From assembly GCA_030704615.1 (NCBI GenBank), contig CM060732.1, positions 60,078,001-60,142,000 of the forward strand: 64,000 nucleotides of DNA. Reading direction: 5' to 3'. This DNA is from Takakia lepidozioides. Its lineage: Eukaryota; Plantae; Bryophyta. This document shows positions 25,966 through 38,299 of the stretch, one piece after another; position 1 is the stretch's first letter; each line of letters begins with the position of its first letter. Below the pieces are notes generated by a model. That model had not been told where the DNA came from and ran no database searches. It was given only the letters and a program-made list of their open reading frames with translations. A program made the position numbers and the translations under genes.

Positions 25966-28500
25966 CTACATAAGTCTATCTCAATACATCCTTATGTTGT
26001 GCCTTGGCATAGTAACCTCCACTGGGCAGGCGAGGTTCGTGTGGTTTGTCCTGTCGGAGTTTATGGAGGTCTACTAGAGGTCTAGTGGTCTACGGAGACT
26101 AGTCTACTAGAGTAGCCTAGCCTCGAAGAAAAACCCGTTATCAAATATCGGAAATTCGGAAAAACAATCGCTAAAAACCATGATCCTAACCCGCCATAAC
26201 CCTAATCCATAACCCTAATAATCCAGCAGCACCAGTAAACCAGGACCACAAACCACCCATACCAACCACCATACAAACCACCAGCAGAGAAGCAACAATG
26301 CATTGAAACACCTAAACAGCTTTAATCAATTCAAACTAATTGAAACAGCTTTGGAACCACATGAATTGAAAAGAGATGCTCCGCATCAGACAAGACAACA
26401 CACTCACGATACGTGACATGCAAGAATCAAATGGTGCTCTATAACCTCTGGAACGAAAGCGAGTGAGGAAGAGAAGCAAACCAACAGCGACGTGGGCGAT
26501 GCTGACCAACAAAAGCAACAGCAAAACAAAAAGAAAAGAAAATCAACAAACAGAACAAAGAGAGAATGAGAGAATGACAAGCAAGCAAGAGAGAATGACA
26601 TCAAACCACATGCGTAAACGAGAACATTACCTGCTAGATGCGTGAGCCATTTCGGTCTGCACTTGAATCCGCTGTCTGCTTCTTTTCCTCCACTGAACTC
26701 TCACGCTGCACTGAACTGCACGCTCTCTTCTCTCAGCTCTCACGGCACCCTGCACAACACAGTCTCTGCTCTTCACGCTCTCCCCTCTTCAAAACTCTCT
26801 TTTTTCTAGCGCTAGTTGGTCTTACCACTTCCGCGTACACAATGGAGTGGCGAAAGGGTGGGCTGAACGACCACACCCCTTATATGGTGCCGTCGCAAAG
26901 GATCTGAACCATCGCGTCCTTTCGAAATCGAACGGTCGCGCGTGTTCCATCCAACATCCATGCAAATATCATCCAATTCATCATTTCCATTCTATCCATC
27001 CATTTTACGAATGACTAGATGAAATGAAAAACAGATGAATGAACGAGAAAATATGACGTTAATGATCCCTTGCACAGAATCATCAATTATAACCCCGCGG
27101 GATATTTCCCACACCCCACACGTGACGATAAATGAAATGTACAAGTCAGATCCTCTTGCAGTGTTTTGCCGCTGGGAATTATTGCTCCTGACCATGTCTA
27201 CATTCGGCGGATTAAGGCTTGGAATATTTCCTCTGTCACTCATTTACGCCTGCCGCATTCTCGGCCGAGTGTCATAGCTGCACGATTTCATGAAACGCTT
27301 GTCATCGGCGTCAGGCCATCATCCACTTGGACAACATTGAATGCGAAATACGTACTGCTTTATAAGCACGAGTGCGAAACCATTGAACCACCGTTATCGG
27401 CCGTTATCTTTCTGGCATCATAATTGTTACATAGGGATCTACCAGTAAATGACACTCTTTTCCGAAATCGGTCAAAGAGTGCACTCCTGCACCATCCAGA
27501 ACCGTTTGATTGTGGCCATATCGGATATCAACGGCGACGGAAATCGATCCGCGAGACAATGTATCGCACTATCCATTGGAGGAGTTCCAGCGGGCAACCT
27601 GGTTTCCACCTCTATATAAGGTCTGAGTGCAAACTGTTCAAACTTCTATCTCTATACCTCTCACTTGCAGATTGTGTTTCCCGCACCTCTCTGGTCATCT
27701 CCCACCTCGCTTCCCATACTGCACCTCTCTGAGCATCTTGTACCTCTGTGGCCATCGCAGGTGTAACTCTCTGAATTTCCATAATCTCTCGTGTGAACTA
27801 CATTTTCACCCGTAGAAAATGTTAAGACATCTATGTGTTTTCGATACTCTACAGGAAAATCTATTATTTTCATCTGCATGTTTAGAAATTACAGTCCAAT
27901 ACTCTCCGATTTCTGTATTTCGTTATACCTCAAGTCGTGGACCTCCACTGGACAGTCGCGTCAATGCTCACATCCATTCGTCATTACAATTATTCATCCA
28001 CGTAACCATGTTCATCCACTAATATTCATCCATCCGACTTTTTCATCTGTATCTCATCTAACCTCCACTGTACAGTGGAGGTTATATAATTAGACACAAT
28101 CTTCAAATGACATGTTCCAGACCAAACAACAATTCCATTTCTATTCTACTTCTCTGAAACGTTCATACACGAGTGTATTTCCTTTTATTGAATTGATTCA
28201 TCTCTAAATATAGTCTTCACTCATAATGTTTATTACTGTCAGTAAGGTCGTCACGGAGGGGTTTCCAGTTTCTTGAACCTCGCGTGTGCAGTGGAGGTTC
28301 CGGTGATCATGATCTTAGAGACGGGTCAAAGAGTGTTTATTACTCTTCCCGGGTCCTCATCTCCAGTAGCCACTGGGGACTGCCTTAATGTCTCTGGGGT
28401 TGGGACCTGTCATGGACAATAATTATCTTCCTCAACCATTTCAGTGGTTCTCATCTCCTGTGATGAAGCACACTCATTATGTCATCTTCCTTATGGACAT

Positions 28501-30032
28501 ATGGATGTTGACACCTTGAAGGAGGCCATTGGGACCCCGGTGATGTGGAATGTTGGCGAAGTTCTTGCGGAGAATAACGAGTATCAAGGAGGGCTTGACA
28601 TGAATCCTGATTTTATGCCGGAGACAAGAGATACTGCCGAGAATTTTGACGTCAACGAGGATGAATCAAACCACAGACCATCGAAGAGTTCCGGGAATCC
28701 GAGCGGAGGACTCGGAAGAAACAACTGGAGAAACTTGCAGTGCGTACTGTTGGATGATGATGGGGGTGCACTGTTTGAGGGGAGGATTCAAGCCTGCATT
28801 CCGGACGAGGTGATCCTCAATGAAAAACTGGGAGAGGACGATGTTGGAGTTCTTGTCACCAGAATACTTTCTGGAGGTTCTGGATCTTTGATGTCTCTTG
28901 TAAAATGGCCTTTAACAAAAACACGACTTTTGGAAAGTAGGAGAGTACTCTCAAATGATCTGGAGAATTTTATTAGATCCTCTAACAGTATCTTGTACGA
29001 AGTTCACGAGGCAGGTGTGAAGAAAGCGGCGTATCGGCATTTTACAAGAAAGAAGAGGGATCGAGATTTGGAACAATCCAGAAAAAAAATGAAGAATCTT
29101 ACTCTGGAGGAAGTCCGGTCCGTGAGCAGCAAACCTTGTTGCAGACTTCACTGCTGTCAATGTGGATGATCCTCCCTTCGATTTTGTCTCTTTCGACTGT
29201 GGTTCTAGCTTCATGAACCTCCACTGTCCAGTGGACGTTCCTTTCCTGACCCTGCCTTATTGTAACAGACCAACAGACTTTTCGGGTTGGAAGGAGTCTC
29301 GCAGTCGGCTGTTAGCCGCATCTGGAGTCAGATATTTCCTAACGTGGAGGTTCGTAAAACTGGGAGTACATTTGCGAAGTGCACGGAGTGTGAGATGTTC
29401 AAGGACCTGATCAGAAAGTCTGTCAAGAGAAGTGCGGAACGGGTGACACACAAACGAGCGCTTGATAAACATTTGAGGCACCAAGAGTCGTGCAGAAGAC
29501 TGTACCATAGCTGGAGGAATGAGTCTGTTATGATTCCGGAGGAGTTTCTCTGTATTATTCACGACAAAATGGATCGTAGGAAAACAGCTGTTCCAAGGCT
29601 ACAAACTCCAAATAAGATGATTTCTGGATTGGGTCAGCTTCCAGTTTCACTAACGGGAATGGTCACGCACGGACACGGTGATGGAGTTTATGGACAATAT
29701 TCTCTTGAGTTCTGGAAGGGAAATTCAAACTTTACAATTGGTTCTTTGGCACGTTGCCTAACCTGTCGCGAGTCCAGGAACATTTTCGATTACCGACTTC
29801 AAAACGAGTTTTTCGAATCACTTTTAAGAGGTAAATCGAGATGTTTGGATGCTCTTAAACCCTGCAGGCCGGAAGACAAACGTGGTGCTCGTCCACTTCT
29901 GAGAAGACTGTACTTGCAAATGGACAACTCTACGAAGAACAATAAGAACAGATAGATGCTTGCTTTTCTATCCCTCCTGACCGCCAAAGATGTTTTTGAA
30001 GAAATCCAGCTAGGGTTCCTAATGGTCGGACA
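28501..30032 (+). pseudogene. Sola-like (RNase H-fold DDE/D) transposase, N-terminal part
   Basis: CC..CC motif, FAKCTEC, LCIIHDKMD, LTGMVTHGHG, LYLQMDNSTKNNKNR*MLAFLSLL...EIQLGFLMVGH; intron ending at 29268; in-frame stop at 29953. Confidence 0.8.
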
Positions 30033-30642
30033 TGTCACGGACATAGCCCAGAGTAACTTACAAGGAGTAAATACCAGAAGTTACCAAGTTATCAAGTTAC
30101 CATGTTACCAAAAATTACCATGATTTACCATGATTTACCAAGTTACCGGGAGTTTACCAAATTACCAAGAGTAACTTGGGAAACTACTCAGGAAGCTTCA
30201 TTTGGAGGAAACTTCTCCATCAAGATACCTCATTTGTTTATGGAAGCTTCTCCATCAAGAAACCTTTGTTTAATCTTGGAAACTTCTCCAGCAAGCAACC
30301 TCCATAGGGGAAGCTTCTTAGGGAAGCTTCTTAGTAGCCAGTATATATAGGAGGCGAGACTGGACACTCTTCAGTCTCGCCAACACCAGTTCAAGCTACT
30401 CTTGTTTCCAGTTCCCAGTACCCTAGCCCAGTTTCCAGTATCTGGTACTCCAGTCCAGTTTCCAGCATTCCAGTATTCAAGTCGTGTTCCAATATCTTGT
30501 ACTCTTGTTCATTGTTATAAAGATCGTCTTGATTCATATTTACTCATCGTGCATTCGGCCACGCCGACCTTGACTTTTTGTCTAGCCTTGTACCTCTAGT
30601 CTTATCTCTTGTTTGTGTTCAGTCATGTTCTCGTCCTTGACA
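30033..30642 (+). repeat. 5' LTR
   Basis: TGTCAC...TTGACA ends, TATA at 30342, internal 8-10 bp ttacca tandem repeats. Confidence 0.95.
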
Positions 30643-30644
30643 GT

Positions 30645-30655
30645 TTGGCGAGACT
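30645..30655 (+). promoter_or_regulatory. Self-priming primer binding site
   Basis: ttggcgagact is the exact complement of LTR 30373-30383 agtctcgccaa, ~25 nt downstream of the LTR TATA; not a tRNA-type TGG PBS. Confidence 0.8.
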
Positions 30656-30680
30656 AAAGTTTGTTCTTTAGTTAGTTAAG

Positions 30681-31701
30681 ATGGAAGACACATTTGCGGA
30701 AATGGTCACCACATTGCAGAGTCTTCAGCTCCAGATGCAAGAACTTCGTGCCTCTACTGCCCAACTACAAGCTGATCAGTCTCAAGACCTTGGCAAATGC
30801 TCTCAACAATTTGCCACAACAAATTCAGAGCGGAACAATGGATCGTTCAACCTTACGAGTCCCTACTACAACAAATCTTACTGCAACGGTTCCTCCAAAT
30901 CTTCAACAGATTACAAGGGAACCAAAGGTCAGCATGCCCGAGAAATTTGATGGGACGAGATCAAGATTTCGCGGTTTTGTTCAACAAGTACGATTGTTCC
31001 TACGATTACATCCACAACGCTACTCTGATGAAGGTATTCAAGTGGGATTCGTGGGCACCCTTCTATCAGACACTACCCTATCTTGGTTTGCACCGCTATT
31101 AGAGAAAATTTCGCATTTACTATACAATTTTGAAACGTTCATGTCTGAGTTCACTACAACGTTTGGAGAGAATGATAGAGAGAGAGTTGCAGAGACAAAG
31201 ATGTGAAATCTTCGACAAAGAGCACGTCCAGCTTCCGTTTATGCTGTTGAATTTCGACAACTTGCGTGCGACCTTGACTAGAATGAGAAGAGCCTCATTA
31301 GTCAGTTTCGATGTGGCCTAAAAGATGATGTTAAAGATTTGTTGCGTGAGTACACTGAACGAATTCATCACCCAAGTCATTGCATGCGATAATCGTTTGT
31401 TCGAAAGACGTCAAGAGAAGCGATATGGATGGTCGACGACGCACCATGCCGCTGCTACTACGGCACCAAATACAACGATCCGACATCCGGTAATGATCCT
31501 ATGCAGATTGATGCTGTCCGATTCAAACCATTGACGCAACATGAAAAACAAAGACGGCGCTCAAATGGATTATGCCTTTATTGCGGAGAAAATGATCACA
31601 TGGCATTAAACTGCCCCAACAAGAGAAGATTCAAAGCTCGGGGCACCACTCAAGTGTTCGATACGAGGAGGTCGGAAAACGAAGATGTCCAGTCACAGTA
31701 G
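30681..31701 (+). pseudogene. gag: gag (retrotransposon gag + CCHC knuckle), disrupted
   Basis: PKVSMPEKFDGTRSRFRGF, DPMQIDA, GLCLYCGENDHMALNC; frameshifts and TGA/TAG stops. Confidence 0.9.
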
Positions 31702-34700
31702 GGACCATGCGGCTGGACGCCCCAAATTCCTCACCAAAAAAATGTCTCTTTCTACCTCCAGACCTTGTATCTTGTTTCACAGTTCCAGTAAAGATCAGGA
31801 TGCAAAATCGAGATATCTATGTAGAAGCACTTTTGGACTCGGACGCTTCAGCGTGTTTTATTGACAAAGACTTTGCGAAGCAACACAATTTAACGCTCGT
31901 AAGAAAGAAATTCTCGGCCCCTGTTGAAGTTATCGATGGACGACCATTAGCATCAAAAAATGTTGACCATGAAACTCGACCCCTTGAAGTGAAGCTTAAA
32001 AATCAAGCATCACATATTGTTTTCAATGTCATCCAGTCTCCAACGAATCCTATGATCCTTGGACTTTCCTGGTTTGTACTTCATAATCCTGACATCGACT
32101 GGCAATCACGAAAAATTTCGGCAAGACAAAAATGCAAAAGTACCAAAGGTATTCAACCCCTGTTTCTTGGAGCTAGAGCCTTCATGAGAGCTACCAAAAA
32201 GGAGGCGGCATTTGCACTTTATGCGACTCCGATCAAGACCATAACAGACAAATGTACTTCAACATTACCTATTCAATATCAAGATTTCAAAGATGTCTTC
32301 GAGAAGAAAAATGCAGACATATTGCCAGAACATCGACCTTATGACTATGCAATTGAGTTACAAGAAGGAGCCCAACCACCATTCGGCCCAATCTATAATT
32401 TATCCCAGACGGAGTTGGTTGCATTACGCGAATACATTGATGAAAATTTGTCAAAGCACTTCATCCGACATTCCAAATCACCCGCTGGGGCGCCTATCTT
32501 GTTTGTGAAAAAGAAGGACGGATCATTACGCATGTGTGTCGACTATCGCGGTCTCAACAAAGTCACAATCAAGAATCGTTATCCGTTGCCGCTGATTTCT
32601 GGGCTTCTCGACCAGCTGGGACGAGCGAAGATTTTCACCAAAATCAACTTGAGAGGAGCTTATAACCTTGTACGGATAAAAGAAGGAGACGAATGGAAAA
32701 CAACTTTTCAAATAATGTATGGACATTTTGAATACAGTGTTATGCCTTTCGGTCTTACAAATGCTCCAGCAATTCTCCAACATATGATGAATGACATCTT
32801 TCGAGAATTTTTAGATGACTTTGTAGTCATCTATTTGGACGACATTTTGATATTTTCACAGAACGAAGAAGAACATGGCCGCCATGTACGCCTTGTCCTT
32901 GATAAATTAAGAGAAAGAGGACTATATGCCAAGTTGGAGAAATGTCTTTTCCATCAATCTGAGGTCGAATTTCTAGGCTACATTATTTCCGACAAAGGCG
33001 TCTTTATGGATCAGAAGAAAATACAAACCATCATCGAGTGGATTAAACCAACTTCGGTCCGAGATGTACAATGTTTTCTGGGTTTTGTAAATTTCTATAG
33101 AATCTTCATCAATGATTACTCCAAAATTGCTGCACCATTGACACGACTCACAGGGAAGGACAAATTTGTATGGGACGAGAAGGCTGACCAGGCATTTGAA
33201 AGGCTGAAGCAGGCATTTACAACGGCTCCAATACTTGTACATGCAGACCCATCTAAACCATTCTTCTTAGAAGCAGATGCATCAGACTTTGCATTTGGCG
33301 CGGTACTCTCACAATACGGTACCGATGGCCGACTCCACCATGTTGGTTTTCGTTCTCGCAAATTTTCCGCTGCGGAGATCAATTATGAAATCCATGACAA
33401 AGAACTACTAGCGATTATCGATGTTTTTGAGGAGTGGCGTCATCTATTGGAGGGAGCTAAACATCTTGTCACTGTCTATACCGATCACAAAAACCTCGAA
33501 TATTTTATGAGTGCTCATGTTTGAATTGACGTCAAGCGAGATGGAGTATGTCACTAGCAAGGTTTGATTTTGTTATTACCTACCGTCCCAGACATCTTCA
33601 AGGAAAACCAGATGCTCTTTCTCGACGATCGTATCTTGCGCCAAAGGAAGGGGATGCAACTTTTGACCAACAGAAATCCATTATCTTGAAACCAACAAAT
33701 CTCCAATTGAATATGCTATCCATGTCCACCTATGACGATGCCGAGATCATAAAGGAGATTCAGGAAGCACTGAAGAGCGACCAATTCGCTATGACACTAC
33801 AAAGTCAACTAAATCGACCTCGAGACAACCCACATGTTACAAACGACTTCGAGTTCAAAGATGACTTACTTTATTTCAAGGGACTTCTCTATGTACCTCT
33901 AGGACCTACACGACTTCGAATTCTTCAAACATGTCATGATCTTCCGGCTGCAGGACATTTCGGCTTCAATAAAACAATGGAATTGATATCCAGGGACTAT
34001 TGGTGGCCGCAGATGTGGAAACTCGTGAAAGATTTTATAAAATCTTGCGACACGTGTGCTAGAGCGAAGGGACCACGACATCGACCTTACGGTCTTCTTC
34101 AACCATTACCCATTCCCAAGGGTCCATGGTCGTCCGTGTCTATGGACTTTATTACGGACATTCCAATCTCCAAGACCACTGATTCAATCCTTGTTATTGT
34201 AGATCGTTTTACGAAGATGACACATTTCATTCCATGTAATAAGACAGTTACTGGCGAGAAAATTGCAAGTCTCTTCTTCAATAATATCTACCGCATTCAT
34301 GGACTCCCGAAGGACATCGTATCTGATTGATGACCACAGTTCATATCAAATTTCTGGAGGGGATTATTTCACATATTGGATACTAAGATCAATCTTTCTA
34401 CAGCTAATCATCCATAGACTGATGGTCAAACCGAATGTGTAAACCAGATTTTGGAGCAGTATCTTCGCTGTACGATAAATTATCACCAAGATTATTGGAC
34501 GGACCTTCTGTCATTGGCTGAGTTTGCCTATAACAACACTATACATTCTTCGACCCAGCAAACTCCATTTTTCTCCAATTATGGTCATCATCCTCGAGCA
34601 AACCATTTCCACATGAAGACTGTTGGAAGCCCTGCTGTAGAAAACCTTGCTACTCATCTTGCTACGATTTACAAGGAGCTTACATTCCACCTCGCAGAAG

Positions 34701-35200
34701 CTCAAAAACAATACAAGGAGTATGCAGATCAACGTCGCCAACTCCAACCCCAGTTCAAGGTCGGAGATCGTGTGTGGCTTCTTCGACGGGACATACAAAC
34801 CTCGCGACCATCAAGAAAGTTGGATTATCAACGCCTGGGCCCATTCAAAATTATTCGACAAATAAATCCGGTCAGTTTCCGGCTTGAACTCCCACGAAGT
34901 ATGCGCATCCATGCAGTCTTTTATGTTTCATTATTGGAGTTGTATCATCCATCGAATATTCCAGGGAGAGTTTCTGTACCACCTCCACCAATCGAAGTCA
35001 ATCAAGAAATTGAGTATGAAGTCGACGAAGTCCTAGACTCTCGCATCAAATATAAACGTCTTGAGTATTTCGTATATTGGAAATGTTACGACATCAGCAA
35101 ACGAACGTGGGAACCTTCATCCAACCTCGCCAATGCATCTGACAAAGTCCAAAAGTTTCATCAACGATATCCAGCTAAGCCCCGAGCTACACGTCAATAA
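31674..35200 (+). pseudogene. pol: pol (protease, RT, RNase H, integrase, chromodomain), disrupted
   Basis: ALLDS(D)AS, LRMCVDYRGLN, YLDDIL, EADASDFA, YEIHDKELLAI, HHCC zinc finger, SMDFITD, GPF, EYEVDEVLDSR...TWEP; premature stops at ~33520, 34328, 34415. Confidence 0.95.
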
Positions 35201-35346
35201 GATGTCACAACGATGATGTCAGCCAAGTTAGCTTTAAGGTGAAGACTCTGCATTCAATGTACCTGATACACGCTAAGGAGGGAGGAGCACCACACATCAG
35301 TATATATAGCTACACTTCCAGCACTCTTGCATCTTGTATTGGCAGT

Positions 35347-35742
35347 ATGGAGTCGCAGGAACCAGATACATTAAAGTTGTCGCTTACCCAGCTACCAGAT
35401 CAGCCGTTCCGACTCTCACGACCTTCAACATCACGCCGACGCTCTCGAGACGATGGGCCACCAATGCGACGCGTACTTCCTCGTCTGGACCCTGTACGAC
35501 AACAAGTGGAGCCTACTCGAAATCTGATAATTCTGTTGGAGATTGAGGCTTCGGACCCAGAGGGCAACGAAATCATGTTTGAAGGCAGTTTCGAAAATCA
35601 GAATGCTCAAATCACTGCGTGGTCCCAAGTTCAAGGTGTTGGACACTATCGATGGTTGCAGGGACCTATAAATCATTTGAGTCAAGAACGAAGAGCCGAA
35701 TACTTGGCAAGTATCATTCATCGGATTTTGGATTTTCTCTAA
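35347..35742 (+). CDS. Additional ORF of unknown function between pol and the PPT
   Basis: Uninterrupted ORF MESQEPDTLKL...IIHRILDFL preceded by cagtatatatag, the same TATA context as in the LTR. Confidence 0.55.
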   Translation: MESQEPDTLKLSLTQLPDQPFRLSRPSTSRRRSRDDGPPMRRVLPRLDPVRQQVEPTRNLIILLEIEASDPEGNEIMFEGSFENQNAQITAWSQVQGVGHYRWLQGPINHLSQERRAEYLASIIHRILDFL

Positions 35743-35803
35743 CTCTAAGCAAGTCCAAGATTTTACCGCTCCTCGAGGAACTCGGCGCTAGAGGAGGGGG
35801 TGA

Positions 35804-36443
35804 TATCACAGACATAGCCTAGAAGAACTTACCAGGAGTAAATACCAGAAGTTACCAAGTTACCAAGTTACCATGTTATCAAAAGTTACCATGATTTACC
35901 GTGATTTATCATGATCTACCATGATTTACCATTATTTACCAAGTTACCGGGAGTTTACCAAATTACCAAGAGTAACTTGGGAAACTACTGAGGAAGCTTC
36001 ATTTGGAGGAAACTTCTCCATCAAGATACCTCATTTGTTTATGGAAGCTTCTTCATCAAAAAACCTTTGTTTAATCTTGGAAACTTCTCCAACAAGCAAC
36101 CTCTATAGGGGAAGCTTTTTAGGGAAGCTTCTTAGTAGCCAGTATATATAGGAGACGAGACTGGACACTCTTCAATCTCGCCAACACCAGTTCAAGCTAC
36201 TCTTATTTCCAGTTCCCAGTACCCTAGCCCAGTTTCCAGTATCTGGTACTCCAGTCCAGTTTCCAGCATTCCAGTATTCAAGTCGTGTTTCAATATCTTG
36301 TACTCTTGTTCATTGTTATAAAGATCGTCTTGATTCATATTTACTCATCGTGCATTCGGCCACGCCGACCTTGACTTCTTGTCTAGCCTTGTACCTCTAA
36401 TCTTATCTCTTGTTTGTGTTCAGTCATGTTCTCGTCCTTGACA
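35804..36443 (+). repeat. 3' LTR
   Basis: Near-identical to the 5' LTR; begins TA (TG>TA change); 30 bp longer because of extra ccatgattta units. Confidence 0.95.
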
Positions 36444-36448
36444 GGACA

Positions 36449-37630
36449 CACCCATGAGGACATCAACGGGTTCTTCAGCTACCTATCGAAGAAGCTGAAG
36501 GAACGAAGCACCTACATTCTTTCTGATTTGATGAGGTCTTTTATGACCCGCAAGATCTGCAGTTCATTCCACAGATTATTCAGGAGGTTCCTGACTTCAA
36601 GAATTTTGTCAAGGGCTGTATTCTGGATGGAAAGGAGACATTGGTTGGGATTTCGGAGATGCACGTCTCCAGTTTTTTTAAGGATGCGGAGGGCTGGCCC
36701 GTCATGAAGTACAAGAAGTCCGCTACTGATTCGGATTGGCTTCCAACAAACAATAGCGTGAAGATGTGGAAGTCCAATCCTGACTGGACTCCGAAGCTCC
36801 CTGAAGGAGACCCAGACGCCGTTCCAAGGAGACCTATCTGGGAAGTCGGGGACGACTCCTCCGAAAAACAGTCATTAATTAAGAATGGAATAAAAAAATA
36901 CAGGGATTTTTGGACGAAAGGAATGATGCTTGACGATCATTACAGAGGTCGAATGGAACAATACGACCAGTACTGGGGAAACATTCTCGCCGAGCTGGAT
37001 AAGCCAATTCCAGAAGCTCCCGACCGTATTCAGCTTCTTGAGGGATTCTGGCCGAAAATAAATTGGTCCAAAAATCATCACAGGGATGGAATCCATCCAC
37101 ATATATTGCCAGATGTGGAAGAAGAGGATGAAATCCTAGAACCTTACTGTGGCCCGAGGTGTGAGCGACCAAGAGTATCCCTAAATCCGTTCAAGGATAT
37201 TGAGAAAGGGTTTTTTGTGCTCGTTCGCCCTTATGACCCAAGTACGTGCCCGGTCTGGATGGGGGTGGCAATATCTGACGTGATCCGCGTAAGGGAGGAT
37301 CCTAATTTTAAGAAAGTGAAGGTGGAGTAGTGGAGACCAAGAAAAGGTGGTAACCCAACAGACTTGGAAAGGTACAGGGACTGTTGGTCAAAACTTTGGG
37401 AGTATAACTCGACAGATCCTCCTCAATGGATCCACGTGAACAATGTTGTGTGGACAATGCCTCCACAGAAAAATACGACAAGGAATAGCACTAAGAGAAT
37501 TACTGCCACCGAAGCAATGAAGGCACGCGCTAATTTGGAGGAGGCTAATCGTCAGTCAGAAAACGAGTCGTACGAACGAGTTCCAGACCAAGGACATATT
37601 GTTGAGGTCAACTCCAGTACTTCGATTTAA
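36449..37630 (+). pseudogene. Sola-like transposase, C-terminal part
   Basis: Resumes (G)HTHEDINGFFSYLSKKLK right after the TSD; then QEVPDFK, GWPVMKYK, LLEGFWP and a beta-rich FVLVRP...PVWMG...KVE*WRP domain; one frameshift and one stop. Confidence 0.8.
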
Positions 37631-38299
37631 GAAATAAATTTTTCTTGGCCCTTCTTGTTTGCGTTGGGGGATCCTTTTTGTTATCTTCTTATGTCGCACT
37701 GAACCTCGAATGTCCAGTGGACGTTCTCGTCCTTTGTTTCTGGTTTGCTGGATGTTGGCATGCTGGTCAACAAAGATGACCCTGTGGGGGAGTTTCGCCT
37801 ACATAACATATAGATCACAAGAACAAAATAGGCGGGCATGACCACTGGAGTCTTCAAATTCGGTCAAAGAGGTTTTTAACAACGGAAGAAAATAGCCCAT
37901 TTCCAGTCATTCTCTGAAACATTGGACTTGCTTTTCGCATAACCAATTCTCCCACTGAAGTCTCCCACTAGGAGGAGCCTTACTCAATCGTTGTTGACAT
38001 ACAGTTTTTCAATTTGCCAGTCCTCAAGTTTTTTCTATGAGGTTTTCTCCATTTTCCCTCTAAGCTCTACGACTTTTCTGCACCAAATTTTCATTTCATT
38101 TCATTTTCATACTTCTCATCTTTGGCCCTGGTTTAAGAGGGAATTTCACATGTCCTTTTCCGTTGTTCAAATTTTAAGCAATTTTTATTTCTCATAGTTT
38201 TTATTTGGTGGTTGATTTTTTATCATCTCTCATGTTTTCTTCAGATCCATTTTCTCCCATGAGATCCAGGCGCTTCCTAAAAGTCGTTATATAATGCCA

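Larger units (their letters stand above)
30033..36443 (+). mobile_element. Ty3/gypsy chromovirus (Tcn1/Tf1-like), full length but decayed
   Basis: LTRs 30033-30642 and 35804-36443; 5-bp TSD GGACA (30028-30032, 36444-36448); gag-PR-RT-RH-IN-chromodomain order; PPT agaggaggggg (35790-35800). Confidence 0.97.
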
